Shown here: positions 10,147 to 18,414 of the stretch, one piece after another | How positions within the stretch are numbered: position 1 is the first letter of the stretch | How the letters are laid out: the number at the start of each line of letters is the position of its first letter | NCBI GenBank assembly: GCA_937876865.1 | Contig: CALEFF010000040.1 | Location: 231-64,230 of the forward strand | From: an uncultured Bacteroidales bacterium | Lineage (GTDB): Bacteria; Bacteroidota; Bacteroidia; Bacteroidales; P3 | Direction of reading: 5' to 3' | Length of the DNA: 64,000 nt | The notes under the pieces: generated by a model | What the model was told of the DNA's origin: nothing | The model's database searches: none | What the model saw: the letters and a program-made list of their open reading frames with translations, nothing else | Made by a program: the position numbers and the translations under genes

Positions 10147-10191
10147 TTTCTTTTAAAGTTTTTTATTAATTAATTTATAATTTTAATGGTG

Positions 10192-11178
10192 TTAAAATCT
10201 TTCTACAACACCTTTTTGTTTAACTGCTATTTCATAAAAGTCTGCAATAGATTCATAGTTTTCAACTCTTCTAATTGCTTCTGCAAAGATTGAAGCAGTT
10301 GAAAGAACTTTTATCTTGTCGCTTTGTCTCTTTAACGGAATTGTATCGGTTACTATCAATTCTTTCATACAAGATTTTTCTATTTTTTCTATTGCATCTC
10401 CACTTAACACAGGGTGAGTAATCATTGCTCTTACACTTGCAGCACCACATTCGTTTATAAGTTCTGCTGCTTTACATAATGTATTTCCTGTGTCAATTAT
10501 ATCGTCAACTAAGATAACATGTTTTCCTTTAACATCACCTATAAGTTGCATTGTGCCTATTTCATTAGGTTTATTTCTTTGTTTGTAGCACATAACAAAG
10601 CCTGTACCCAATGTTTTTGCATATTGACTTGCACGTTTTGTTCCTCCAACATCAGGAGAAGCAAACAATAAATCTTCTGTTGCAACATCTTGACCTCTTA
10701 GATAAGGAATAAAAATTGAAGAAGCCAAAAGGTGATCAACAGGTATGTCAAAAAATCCTTGAATTTGATCTGCGTGTAAGTCTATTGTTATTACCCTGCT
10801 CACACCTGCTGTTTGCAACAAATCTGCCATAAGTTTTGCAGCGATTGGCACTCTTGGCTTATCTTTTCTGTCTTGACGAGCAAATCCAAAGTAAGGAATA
10901 ACCGCAATTATCCTCTTTGCAGACGCTCTTTTTGCAGCATCAGCAAGCATTAACAATTCCATAATATTATCACAAGGTGCAAACGTAGATTGAATGATAA
11001 AAACATCACAACCTCTTACATTTTGTTCAAAAGAAGGTTGAAACTCACCGTCTGCATATTGTAAAACAATAGAGTTACCTAATGGTTTTTGGTAAACATC
11101 TGATATTTTCTTTGCTAAATACGCTGTTGCTCTACCTGTAAAAAGAGCTGTCGTATCTTTTTGTTCTTTTTCTGACAT
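10192..11178 (-). CDS. prs: Ribose-phosphate pyrophosphokinase
   Basis: It has DLHADQIQGFF and the PRPP-binding loop VDDIIDTGNT. I moved the start to the MSEKEQ methionine because the longer ORF start (11256) lies upstream of the -7 box at 11215-11222. Confidence 0.93.
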   Translation of the reverse strand: MSEKEQKDTTALFTGRATAYLAKKISDVYQKPLGNSIVLQYADGEFQPSFEQNVRGCDVFIIQSTFAPCDNIMELLMLADAAKRASAKRIIAVIPYFGFARQDRKDKPRVPIAAKLMADLLQTAGVSRVITIDLHADQIQGFFDIPVDHLLASSIFIPYLRGQDVATEDLLFASPDVGGTKRASQYAKTLGTGFVMCYKQRNKPNEIGTMQLIGDVKGKHVILVDDIIDTGNTLCKAAELINECGAASVRAMITHPVLSGDAIEKIEKSCMKELIVTDTIPLKRQSDKIKVLSTASIFAEAIRRVENYESIADFYEIAVKQKGVVERF

Positions 11179-11214
11179 AACTTTTTCTAATATTGAAATT
11201 CCTTTTTCAGGTTG

Positions 11215-11222
11215 CAAAGTTA
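11215..11222 (-). promoter_or_regulatory. -7 promoter box TAACTTTG for prs
   Basis: The minus-strand sequence TAACTTTG lies 37 nt upstream of the ATG at 11178. Confidence 0.45.
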
Positions 11223-11283
11223 CGCACATTTTCTTAAACTTAAAAAAAAAACGCAAATTATTTGCTACTTAAAAAAAAAGTAG

Positions 11284-11291
11284 TACTTTTG
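11284..11291 (+). promoter_or_regulatory. -7 promoter box TACTTTTG for tRNA-Leu
   Basis: The sequence matches TAnnTTTG and lies 22 nt upstream of the mature tRNA 5' end. Confidence 0.45.
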
Positions 11292-11313
11292 CAAACGAAT
11301 TTGAGTTGCAAAC

Positions 11314-11397
11314 GCATCTGTGGCGGAATAGGTAGACGCGCTAGACTCAAAATCTAGTGGGGTAACACCCGTGCCGGTTCGATTCCGGCCAGATGTA
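11314..11397 (+). tRNA. tRNA-Leu (anticodon CAA), type II with long variable arm
   Basis: I folded it by hand. The acceptor stem is GCATCTG/CAGATGT (G1-U72) and the D region is GGCGGAATAGGTAGACGCGC. The anticodon stem CTAGA/TCTAG carries the loop CTCAAAA (anticodon CAA). The variable arm is GGGGTAACACCC, the T arm is GCCGG-TTCGATT-CCGGC, and the discriminator is A. It is very similar to E. coli tRNA-Leu. CCA is not encoded. Confidence 0.93.
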
Positions 11398-11407
11398 CTT
11401 GATTGAA

Positions 11408-11440
11408 AGGAGAGAGTTGAAAAATTCTCTCCTTTTTTTC
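11408..11440 (+). terminator. Intrinsic terminator after tRNA-Leu
   Basis: The stem AGGAGAGA / TCTCTCCT is followed by T7. Confidence 0.7.
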
Positions 11441-11492
11441 TTTGTTTTTTTAAAAAAAAGTAAAGAAAAAATTCAAAAAAGCAAAGAAAAAA
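11434..11492. repeat. AT-rich inverted-repeat element of the TTCTTTG...CAAAGAA family
   Basis: The 11-nt arms TTTTTTCTTTG (11434-11444) and CAAAGAAAAAA (11482-11492) are exact reverse complements. Confidence 0.6.
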
Positions 11493-11503
11493 TTTTAAAA
11501 AAC

Positions 11504-13489
11504 TTAGAGTTTTATATGTAATTGAAAGCCAATGTCTTGTTTGTGCGAAGAAGGTATTTGATCGTTGCCTGATGATATAATTTCTTTATTGGTAAAAAGT
11601 GTAATTGCATAACGAAGAGAAATTCCAATACGCTTTGAGAGATTTGTTTTCAAGAACAAATATGCTCTATGTCCTTTATCATAAAACAAAGCTGTGGAAT
11701 AATTCAACGGGAGGTTATATTCGTAAACAGAAAAATGATTATCATAGTTTTTTGTATCAAAATATGCATATCTTAAATTGATTTGCAAAGGAAAATTTTT
11801 TGTTTTATATATTCCTTCCACAAGAAAATAATAACCATTATTTGTATTTGATTCATAATTATTGGTATGAGAATAGCCTGCTCTTGAATGCAATTGTAAA
11901 TTGTTTGTTATCTCGGTTTGAAAATAAAGTTGAAGTTGTTGAAGTATATTAAAATGCAGAATTTCTTTATTTTCAATTTCTACATCTTCTTCTCTATTAT
12001 TGAACTTATAGGTTAATCTCAAATAAGTTGTTTGATTTGGATTGTAATTTATCTCACCCCTTATCTTCAATCCCATTGCTCCTTCTTGGCTTATATAGGT
12101 TTTATACGGAAATTTAAATAAATCGGTTGCTATATAGTAGTTTAACTTATGATTTACTCTGTGAGCAAAATTAAGATTAAAGCCTTGTTCGTTCGCAACT
12201 TTTGATTGAACGCCTAAGGCATTGGAATAGAAATTTTGATAATCTTTTTCATAATTTCTTATTGAGGCAGAAAGTGTTGTTTTATAGGCAAGATTTATTT
12301 GCAGACCTAATATTGAAGCGGTAGCTTTGTTTTGACTCATTGAAACTTCTGTAAATACTCTCATTCTTTTGTAAAGATAGGACGCATTGACTGATGCTAC
12401 ACTATTTTGTTTACCTGAAAAATAATATTGTTGATATTCTTGCGAGGAATGTTTTATTGAGTCTGCGTAATCGTAATAAAGAAGGGTTGTTCCTAATTGC
12501 AAGCCTTTATTTTCATAGTTTAAATGTCCTCCTATCATTCTTGCAAGGTTAGAATCCTTTTTCAAAAGTTCCGATTCTGTCCTATGTAAACCTGTTGTAA
12601 GAATACTTCCCGAATAATCTATCTTATCCATACTTGCAAACAAGAAAAGATTGGTATTCCACAACTTTATATTTGTCGCAACACCTTTATTATAACCATA
12701 TTCTGTGCTTGAATTATGTGGTTTTATACCAAAATTCTTGTTTTTTAAAGTTGCGTCATTATTTAAATAGGAAAGAGAAAATCCTTGCCCTATTGCCAAT
12801 CCTTCTCCAAAGTTTAGACGATAATCTCCTATAGTAAGTTGTTTCAAAACACCTATTTCTCTTATTGTGAATTGCATTGAATAATAATCCACAAAGGAAG
12901 GCTCTCCTGCATCTTTATCTCCCACAAAGGACAACTCCAATCTATCGAAATAATTAAACTTATATCTAATCTGTGAAGCGAAAGGCTGACCTTTATAGCC
13001 TTTTTTATCTCTGTCTTCTCTTAAATAACCCTTTGATTTTTCTAATACTTGTTTATATTGTGTACGGATTTCGTGATTTGCTTTTGTAAAAACCGAATCT
13101 AATCGAAGAGATGGTTTCCAATCTATTGGTTTTACACATATAAAGTCTTTTATTTCATCTATTTGCGTTGTAGTAAAACCATTGATTACCGATAATTCAT
13201 AAATGCTTTTTAACTCTCCTGTTTCTCTTATGTAATGTTGAAGCGAAAAAATTTGGAAATCATCTAAGCCTAAGAGTTGTAAATCGGCTTGTTTTGCAGA
13301 ATTTAAATTAAGTGGATTTGACTTTAAGGAGTAGAGTTGTTCTATTAATTCTTCTTTTGCCTCAGAGGAAATCTCCATATCCTCAATTTGTCTAATTCTG
13401 CTTTGAATAAAATCATTTGTTGTTTGCGAAAACAAAGGATATGAAAAAAGCATAAGACAAAATAAGAAAAAGAATATTCCGTATTTCAT
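11504..13489 (-). CDS. ComEA-like helix-hairpin-helix domain protein fused to a large predicted outer-membrane beta-barrel
   Basis: A signal peptide is followed by an N-terminal tandem HhH pattern (LNLNSAKQADLQLLGLDDFQIFSLQHYIRETGELKSIYELSVINGFTTTQIDEI). About 520 aa rich in Y/N/G/F alternating strands follow. Confidence 0.55.
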   Translation of the reverse strand: MKYGIFFFLFCLMLFSYPLFSQTTNDFIQSRIRQIEDMEISSEAKEELIEQLYSLKSNPLNLNSAKQADLQLLGLDDFQIFSLQHYIRETGELKSIYELSVINGFTTTQIDEIKDFICVKPIDWKPSLRLDSVFTKANHEIRTQYKQVLEKSKGYLREDRDKKGYKGQPFASQIRYKFNYFDRLELSFVGDKDAGEPSFVDYYSMQFTIREIGVLKQLTIGDYRLNFGEGLAIGQGFSLSYLNNDATLKNKNFGIKPHNSSTEYGYNKGVATNIKLWNTNLFLFASMDKIDYSGSILTTGLHRTESELLKKDSNLARMIGGHLNYENKGLQLGTTLLYYDYADSIKHSSQEYQQYYFSGKQNSVASVNASYLYKRMRVFTEVSMSQNKATASILGLQINLAYKTTLSASIRNYEKDYQNFYSNALGVQSKVANEQGFNLNFAHRVNHKLNYYIATDLFKFPYKTYISQEGAMGLKIRGEINYNPNQTTYLRLTYKFNNREEDVEIENKEILHFNILQQLQLYFQTEITNNLQLHSRAGYSHTNNYESNTNNGYYFLVEGIYKTKNFPLQINLRYAYFDTKNYDNHFSVYEYNLPLNYSTALFYDKGHRAYLFLKTNLSKRIGISLRYAITLFTNKEIISSGNDQIPSSHKQDIGFQLHIKL

Positions 13490-13514
13490 CTTATGCTTTT
13501 AAAATTATAATTTC

Positions 13515-16157
13515 TTAACTACATTTGCTCCAACCGCAAGAAGCACATTGCTTACAGCCTCCTGTATATATTACAGCATCGCCACATTGTGGGCATTTTT
13601 CTCCTTCAACCACTGTTCCGTCTTTTACATAACGTTTCAAGGCACGAGCAATTCCATTCTTCCAAGTATTGATTGTATCTGTATCAAGAGTTAGTTTAGA
13701 TACTAATTCTATTACATTTTGAATTGGCATTCCATGACGAAGAATTCCAGAAATAAGTTTTGCATAGTTCCAATATTCTTTTTTGAACATTCGCGACAAT
13801 CCTTCAATTGTTACTTTATATCCATCTTGGTCAAGGAATTGGAAGTCATATCTTGCAGGCATATTACCTTCTTTTACTCTAATTACCCAACCCTTATCAA
13901 CCGATGGATGTAAAAGAAAGTTTTCTGCTTTTCCTGAGAATATTTCGTATGGTCTTCCTTCATATAAACCTACAACTGCAATCCATTTTTCTTTGTCATT
14001 TTGGAAACGAATTATCTCTGCGTCTAATTTTTTAGGACGTTTTGGTGCTTTTGTTTCTGTAAAAGACGAAGTTTCTTTTGTAGAATGAGAAACCAACACA
14101 CCATCTCTTGAACCATCTCTATAAATAGTCATTCCCTTACAACCAGATTCCCATGCAGTTTGATAAATCTGTGCAACTACTTCTTCTGTTGTTTCCTTAG
14201 GAATATTAACTGTTACAGAAATTGAATGATCTACCCATTTTTGTATTGCACCCTGCATTTTCACTTTATTAACCCAATTAATATTGTTTGCAGTTGCATT
14301 GTTATATGGAGATAAAGCTATAATTTCTTGCAATTTAGCCTCAGGAAGTTTTTCTAATGATTTCACATCATATCCGTTTATTTCTGCCCATACTGCAAAT
14401 TTATGATGCAACACATTATATTCTTCCCAAGCTTGTCCTTCTTTATCGTAGAATGAAATAGTCGCATTGCTGTCATTTGGATTTACTTTTCTTCTACGTT
14501 TATAAGAAACCAAGAATGCAGGCTCTATTCCGGAAGATGTTTGAGTGCATATACTCACACTACCTGTTGGAGCTATTGTAAGCAATGCAATATTTCTTCT
14601 TCCGTGTTCTAACATCATTTTATATAAATCTGCATCTACGGATTTTAATCTTTGAATAAATGGATTATTTTTTTCTAATTTTGAATCATAGATTGGGAAT
14701 GAACCTCTATCTCTTGCCATTAAAGATGATGAACGATAAGCTGAGCAAGCTAAGGTTTTGTGAACTTCAACCGAGAAATCTATCGCCTCATCGCTACCGT
14801 ATGTTAATCCCATCGCAGCTAACATATCCCCTTCGGCTGTTATTCCAAATCCTGTACGTCTTCCCTCTAAGCATTTCAACTTAATATTTAACCAAAGATT
14901 CTTTTCAACTCTCTTTATTTCATCATCTTCAGGGTCAGACTCTATTTTTTCTAATATTTTCTCAATCTTCTCAATTTCTAAATCGATAAGGTCGTCCATA
15001 AGCTTTTGTCCCTTTTGAACATGTTCAGAGAATAATTCAAAATCAAACTCTGCCTTATCGGTAAACGGATTCTTAACGTATGAATATAAGTTAATAGCCA
15101 ATAATCTACAACTATCGTATGCACACAATGGTATTTCTCCACAAGGATTTGTAGAAATAGTTTTAAAACCAAAAGAAGCATAACTATCAGCAACAGATTC
15201 ACGGATTATTGTATCCCAGAATAAAACGCCAGGCTCTGCACTTTGCCAAGCATTTTTAATAATCTTTTTCCACAATGCTCTCGCATCTATTTCTTTTACA
15301 ACAGAAGGATTTTTAGAATCAATAGGATATTGTTGTTTGTATGGCTTTCCACTTACAACACAACGCATAAACTCATCGTCTATTCTAACAGATACGTTTG
15401 CACCTGTTATCTTTCCTTGTTCCATCTTTGCATCTATGAAATCTTCTGCATCAGGGTGCTTAATTGATATTGACAACATCAAAGCACCTCTACGACCTCC
15501 TTGTGCAACTTCTTTTGTTGTGTTGGAATATCTTTCCATAAAAGGAACAATACCTGTTGAAGTAAGAGCTGAGTTTTTAACAGGAGAGAATTTAGGTCTA
15601 ATATGAGAAAGATCATGTCCTACTCCGCCCCTTCTTTTCATCAATTGAACTTGCTCTTCATCAATTTTTAAAATTCCACCATAAGAATCCGAGTTTGCTG
15701 CATTACCAATCACAAAACAATTTGATAAAGAAACCACTTGAAAGTCATTTCCTATACCAGACATAGGGCTTCCTTGTGGAATTATGTATTTGAAGTCTTT
15801 AAGCAACTCATAGATTTCTTGTTCTGAAAGTGGATTTTCATACTTATTCTCAATACGAGCAAATTCCTTTGCTAAACGTCTGTGCATTTGATCAGGATTA
15901 AGCTCATAAATCTTTTCACCATCTCTCAACGCATATTTATTTACCCACACATCTGCTGCCAAAGCATCTCCTTTAAAGTACTCTGACGATGATTTTATAA
16001 TCTCTTCTCTTTCTAAAACTGTCTTAGACATATCTTTCTCTTCTGTTTTCTTATTATATTTCTTTGGTTTTTGTTCCATAAGAGGCTTACTCAAAAGCGA
16101 TTCTGCATTGAGTGTTTTATCATTCTCTTCCTCCATTTGAAACAAAACCCATTCCAT
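13515..16157 (-). CDS. nrdJ: Class II (adenosylcobalamin-dependent) ribonucleotide reductase
   Basis: It has the catalytic-loop motif TNPCGEIPL and the N-terminal block YFKGDALAADVWVNKYALRD. The C-terminal Cys-rich tail is CPQCGDAVIYTGGCKQCASCGWSKC. The true start may be the MSKTVLE methionine at 16031, which would give 838 aa. Confidence 0.9.
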   Translation of the reverse strand: MEWVLFQMEEENDKTLNAESLLSKPLMEQKPKKYNKKTEEKDMSKTVLEREEIIKSSSEYFKGDALAADVWVNKYALRDGEKIYELNPDQMHRRLAKEFARIENKYENPLSEQEIYELLKDFKYIIPQGSPMSGIGNDFQVVSLSNCFVIGNAANSDSYGGILKIDEEQVQLMKRRGGVGHDLSHIRPKFSPVKNSALTSTGIVPFMERYSNTTKEVAQGGRRGALMLSISIKHPDAEDFIDAKMEQGKITGANVSVRIDDEFMRCVVSGKPYKQQYPIDSKNPSVVKEIDARALWKKIIKNAWQSAEPGVLFWDTIIRESVADSYASFGFKTISTNPCGEIPLCAYDSCRLLAINLYSYVKNPFTDKAEFDFELFSEHVQKGQKLMDDLIDLEIEKIEKILEKIESDPEDDEIKRVEKNLWLNIKLKCLEGRRTGFGITAEGDMLAAMGLTYGSDEAIDFSVEVHKTLACSAYRSSSLMARDRGSFPIYDSKLEKNNPFIQRLKSVDADLYKMMLEHGRRNIALLTIAPTGSVSICTQTSSGIEPAFLVSYKRRRKVNPNDSNATISFYDKEGQAWEEYNVLHHKFAVWAEINGYDVKSLEKLPEAKLQEIIALSPYNNATANNINWVNKVKMQGAIQKWVDHSISVTVNIPKETTEEVVAQIYQTAWESGCKGMTIYRDGSRDGVLVSHSTKETSSFTETKAPKRPKKLDAEIIRFQNDKEKWIAVVGLYEGRPYEIFSGKAENFLLHPSVDKGWVIRVKEGNMPARYDFQFLDQDGYKVTIEGLSRMFKKEYWNYAKLISGILRHGMPIQNVIELVSKLTLDTDTINTWKNGIARALKRYVKDGTVVEGEKCPQCGDAVIYTGGCKQCASCGWSKCS

Positions 16158-16179
16158 AAAACCTTACTTAAATTTGTAG

Positions 16180-16187
16180 CAAAAATA
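16180..16187 (-). promoter_or_regulatory. -7 promoter box TATTTTTG for nrdJ
   Basis: The minus-strand sequence TATTTTTG lies 23 nt upstream of the ATG at 16157. Confidence 0.4.
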
Positions 16188-16445
16188 CAAAGAAGATTTG
16201 TTCTAAATTATCAATAATTATTCATACTTATTAACAATGTTTTTTACAAACCTAACTAAACCTTTGATAAGACAAAGAAAGTAATTGTTAAAAAAATATT
16301 TTCGTTATTTAAATTTGAAAAAAAAGTTGTAAAAAAAGTGATAATTTCTATAAGAAGCTTTTTTATTTTTCTAAACTAAGTATATTTTAATTTTTTCCTA
16401 TTGTTTAAGTCTGTTTTAATCTGTTTAAAATAGTATTTTAATGCG

Positions 16446-16486
16446 TTCGTACTACTAATTTAATCAGATTAAACTAATAGTACGAA
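16446..16486. repeat. 41-bp near-perfect palindrome at the edge of the AT-rich islet
   Basis: The arms TTCGTACTACTAATTTAATC (16446-16465) and GATTAAACTAATAGTACGAA (16467-16486) pair at 18 of 20 positions around a single central A. No adjacent T-run is present. Confidence 0.85.
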
Positions 16487-16542
16487 GCTGATGTAATGTA
16501 ATAAAGTGATAGTTTTTTGCGTTTTAATAATAAAATAATAGT

Positions 16543-16968
16543 ATGGAAATAGATATTAATTTTGAAAACAGACCTAATAGTTTCATTGTTTGTTGGAATG
16601 AGAAATGTTTACTTGGAGAAAAATGTTTAAGAAGAATAGTCGCTCTTAGAAATAGCGAGGATAGTGATTTGATGGTTGCAGTTAATGTTTTGAAATTCAA
16701 CGAAACAAATTGTAAATATTTCTTAGAAAATAAAAAAGTAAGAGTTGCATACGGCATGAAGAATTCTTTTGAGGAGGTTAAAGCGAAAGATATTGTTAAT
16801 ATGCGAAAAGAATTGATTCAACACTTCGGTCATACTTATTATTACGAAAGAAGAAACGGCAAAATGCCAATTACCCCAGAAGATCAAGAGTATATCGCAA
16901 ATCTTTTCTCTTCCTACGGCTACGAAATTGTGTTTGATGAAATCAGAGAAGAGACTTTGTGGAAGTAA
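16543..16968 (+). CDS. Small hypothetical protein with CX4CX5C cysteine cluster (probably a Bacteroidales-restricted family of unknown function)
   Basis: This is a 141-aa ORF. The N-terminal block FIVCWNEKCLLGEKCLRR and the later block HFGHTYYYERR...PEDQEYI resemble a DUF-type family that I recall from Bacteroides genomes. I cannot verify that here. Confidence 0.5.
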   Translation: MEIDINFENRPNSFIVCWNEKCLLGEKCLRRIVALRNSEDSDLMVAVNVLKFNETNCKYFLENKKVRVAYGMKNSFEEVKAKDIVNMRKELIQHFGHTYYYERRNGKMPITPEDQEYIANLFSSYGYEIVFDEIREETLWK

Positions 16969-16995
16969 GCCTTAGTTTATTTCCAATAAAATAAA

Positions 16996-17003
16996 TACCT
17001 TTG
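16996..17003 (+). promoter_or_regulatory. -7 promoter box TACCTTTG for the nuclease-like gene
   Basis: The sequence matches TAnnTTTG and lies 58 nt upstream of the ATG at 17062. Confidence 0.4.
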
Positions 17004-17061
17004 CATTAAATTCAATGTAGTAAGACGTTTAATGTTTATATTAACAAAATAAGTTAACGGT

Positions 17062-18150
17062 ATGAATGAAAATTGGAACGAAATAATAGATACATTACAA
17101 AAACGAATAAACAGCAAATCAACAGAGACTGAATATCAACAAGAGATTGAAAATTGTTTAAAAATATTAGGTTGGAAAAGTTATAACAAAACCATGCAAT
17201 CTCAAGTAACAATACATATCGGTAATAATAATTCAATAAGACCCGATATTGTACTTTATAAAAACGATATTCCGACTTTGCCTATTGAAATTAAACGTCC
17301 GAACAATATTTGCAATATTAAACAAGAATCTCAATTGACGTCTTACATGCGTCAATTAAAATTAAATATTGGTTTATACATAGGCGAAAATATCCAATTA
17401 TACTATGACACTCCTAATGATTTAAATAATCCTATCTGTGTTTTCAAGGTAGAATTTCGTGAAGATGATGTTAATGGAAGTATATTTTGTGAAATGCTTT
17501 CATACGAAAAATTTGATATAACTTCTTTAGAAGACTTCTGTAAAGAACACTATAATCAAATTGTAGCTCGCAATAATTTACAAGAGCGTTTTAATGAATT
17601 CTTTTTTAGTAGCGATGCAAACAAAAACATTATTACCTTAATTAAAGATAAGTTTCTCAAAGAAGGATTTGAAGAAAAAGCTTTGGAATACGAGTTAGAA
17701 AAACTGACATTTAAAATAGAAAGAAAACAATCATATCGCACTGAGCAAAAAATAAAGAAGCCGGAAATTAAAACCACTAATAAAGAATATGCAGAAGAGG
17801 TTTTTTCATTAGATGGAATTAACTATTATGGAGTTAGACGATTCGTTTTAACCGTAGTTAAACAATATATATCAGAGCATCCAAATATAACTTTGGAAGA
17901 ATTAGAAGAACGATTTCCCTCTTATTTAAGTCGTAATAGCAAATGTGGAATTATACGCCCTATGGATTTTATAAAAGAAAAAAAAGACAGGGAACGTCGC
18001 TTTTTCATAAAAGATTCTATTATCTTAAATAACGGAACAGAAGTTGCAGTGTATTCTCAATGGGGAAATTCAGGAATATACAAACAAAAATTCCAAAATT
18101 TTCTTCGATACGTGGAAACTTTCTATCCTGTTTATTCAAAAAGTAAGTAA
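17062..18150 (+). CDS. PD-(D/E)xK nuclease-fold (HsdR_N-like) domain protein fused to an uncharacterised C-terminal domain
   Basis: The N-terminal ~130 aa have the restriction-endonuclease-like core E(28)...P61-D62...E75-I-K77 (SIRPDIVLYKNDIPTLPIEIKRPN), followed by QLTSYMRQL. The C-terminal ~110 aa (RRFVLTVVKQYISEHPNITLEELEERFP...VAVYSQWGN) belong to no family I recognise. No helicase or methylase is adjacent. Confidence 0.55.
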   Translation: MNENWNEIIDTLQKRINSKSTETEYQQEIENCLKILGWKSYNKTMQSQVTIHIGNNNSIRPDIVLYKNDIPTLPIEIKRPNNICNIKQESQLTSYMRQLKLNIGLYIGENIQLYYDTPNDLNNPICVFKVEFREDDVNGSIFCEMLSYEKFDITSLEDFCKEHYNQIVARNNLQERFNEFFFSSDANKNIITLIKDKFLKEGFEEKALEYELEKLTFKIERKQSYRTEQKIKKPEIKTTNKEYAEEVFSLDGINYYGVRRFVLTVVKQYISEHPNITLEELEERFPSYLSRNSKCGIIRPMDFIKEKKDRERRFFIKDSIILNNGTEVAVYSQWGNSGIYKQKFQNFLRYVETFYPVYSKSK

Positions 18151-18176
18151 GTATAATAGCTGACTCTTTTAAGAAT

Positions 18177-18239
18177 ATGAATACTTTATTTTCAAACTTT
18201 CAACTCTACGGCTATGAAATTAAAGAAAATTTTGTGTAA
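18177..18239 (+). pseudogene. 20-codon relic resembling the C-terminus of the 16543 small protein
   Basis: It translates to MNTLFSNFQLYGYEIKENFV*. Compare ...ANLFSSYGYEIVFDEI... near the C-terminus of the 141-aa protein, which shares (N)LFS and YGYEI. Confidence 0.3.
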
Positions 18240-18341
18240 ATAATATAAACATCGTATTTATCAAGCACTTAAATAAATATAAAAGTATTATTTTCACATA
18301 ATCCGCCTTATTTTTGAGCAAATTTTCACATTTTCCCCTTA

Positions 18342-18380
18342 AAATAAAAAAGGGAAACCCTTTGAGGATTTCCCTTTTTG
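18342..18380 (-). terminator. Intrinsic terminator of the T9SS cargo gene (duplicate of the nifJ terminator)
   Basis: The minus strand reads AAAGGG-TTT-CCCTTT (or GGGAAA-N11-TTTCCC) followed by TTTTTTATTT. Confidence 0.6.
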
Positions 18381-18414
18381 TTTTTATGAATCTTTGGTTG
18401 GATTATTTATTCCA
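18342..18414. repeat. 73-bp direct repeat, copy A (terminator plus duplicated nifJ 3' end)
   Basis: It is 70/73 identical to 19411-19483 by manual alignment. The mismatches are at 18390 and 18396-18397. Confidence 0.9.

Noticed and set aside
16032-16157. The 42-aa N-terminal extension of nrdJ (MEWVLFQMEEENDKTLNAE...) could be a novel domain.
   Set aside because: It is low-complexity and has no recognisable fold. The conserved RNR N-terminus begins just after the internal MSKTVLE methionine, so the extension is probably translated leader sequence. I left it in the reported coordinates with a note.
16158-16542. I looked for a cobalamin riboswitch or NrdR-box regulatory element in the long 5' region of the B12-dependent nrdJ.
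   Set aside because: The region is extremely AT-rich. I could see no GC-rich paired segments and no B12-box-like core, and I saw no paired NrdR-type boxes. Only a plain TAnnTTTG box lies next to the gene. A covariance-model scan (Rfam) would be needed to be certain.
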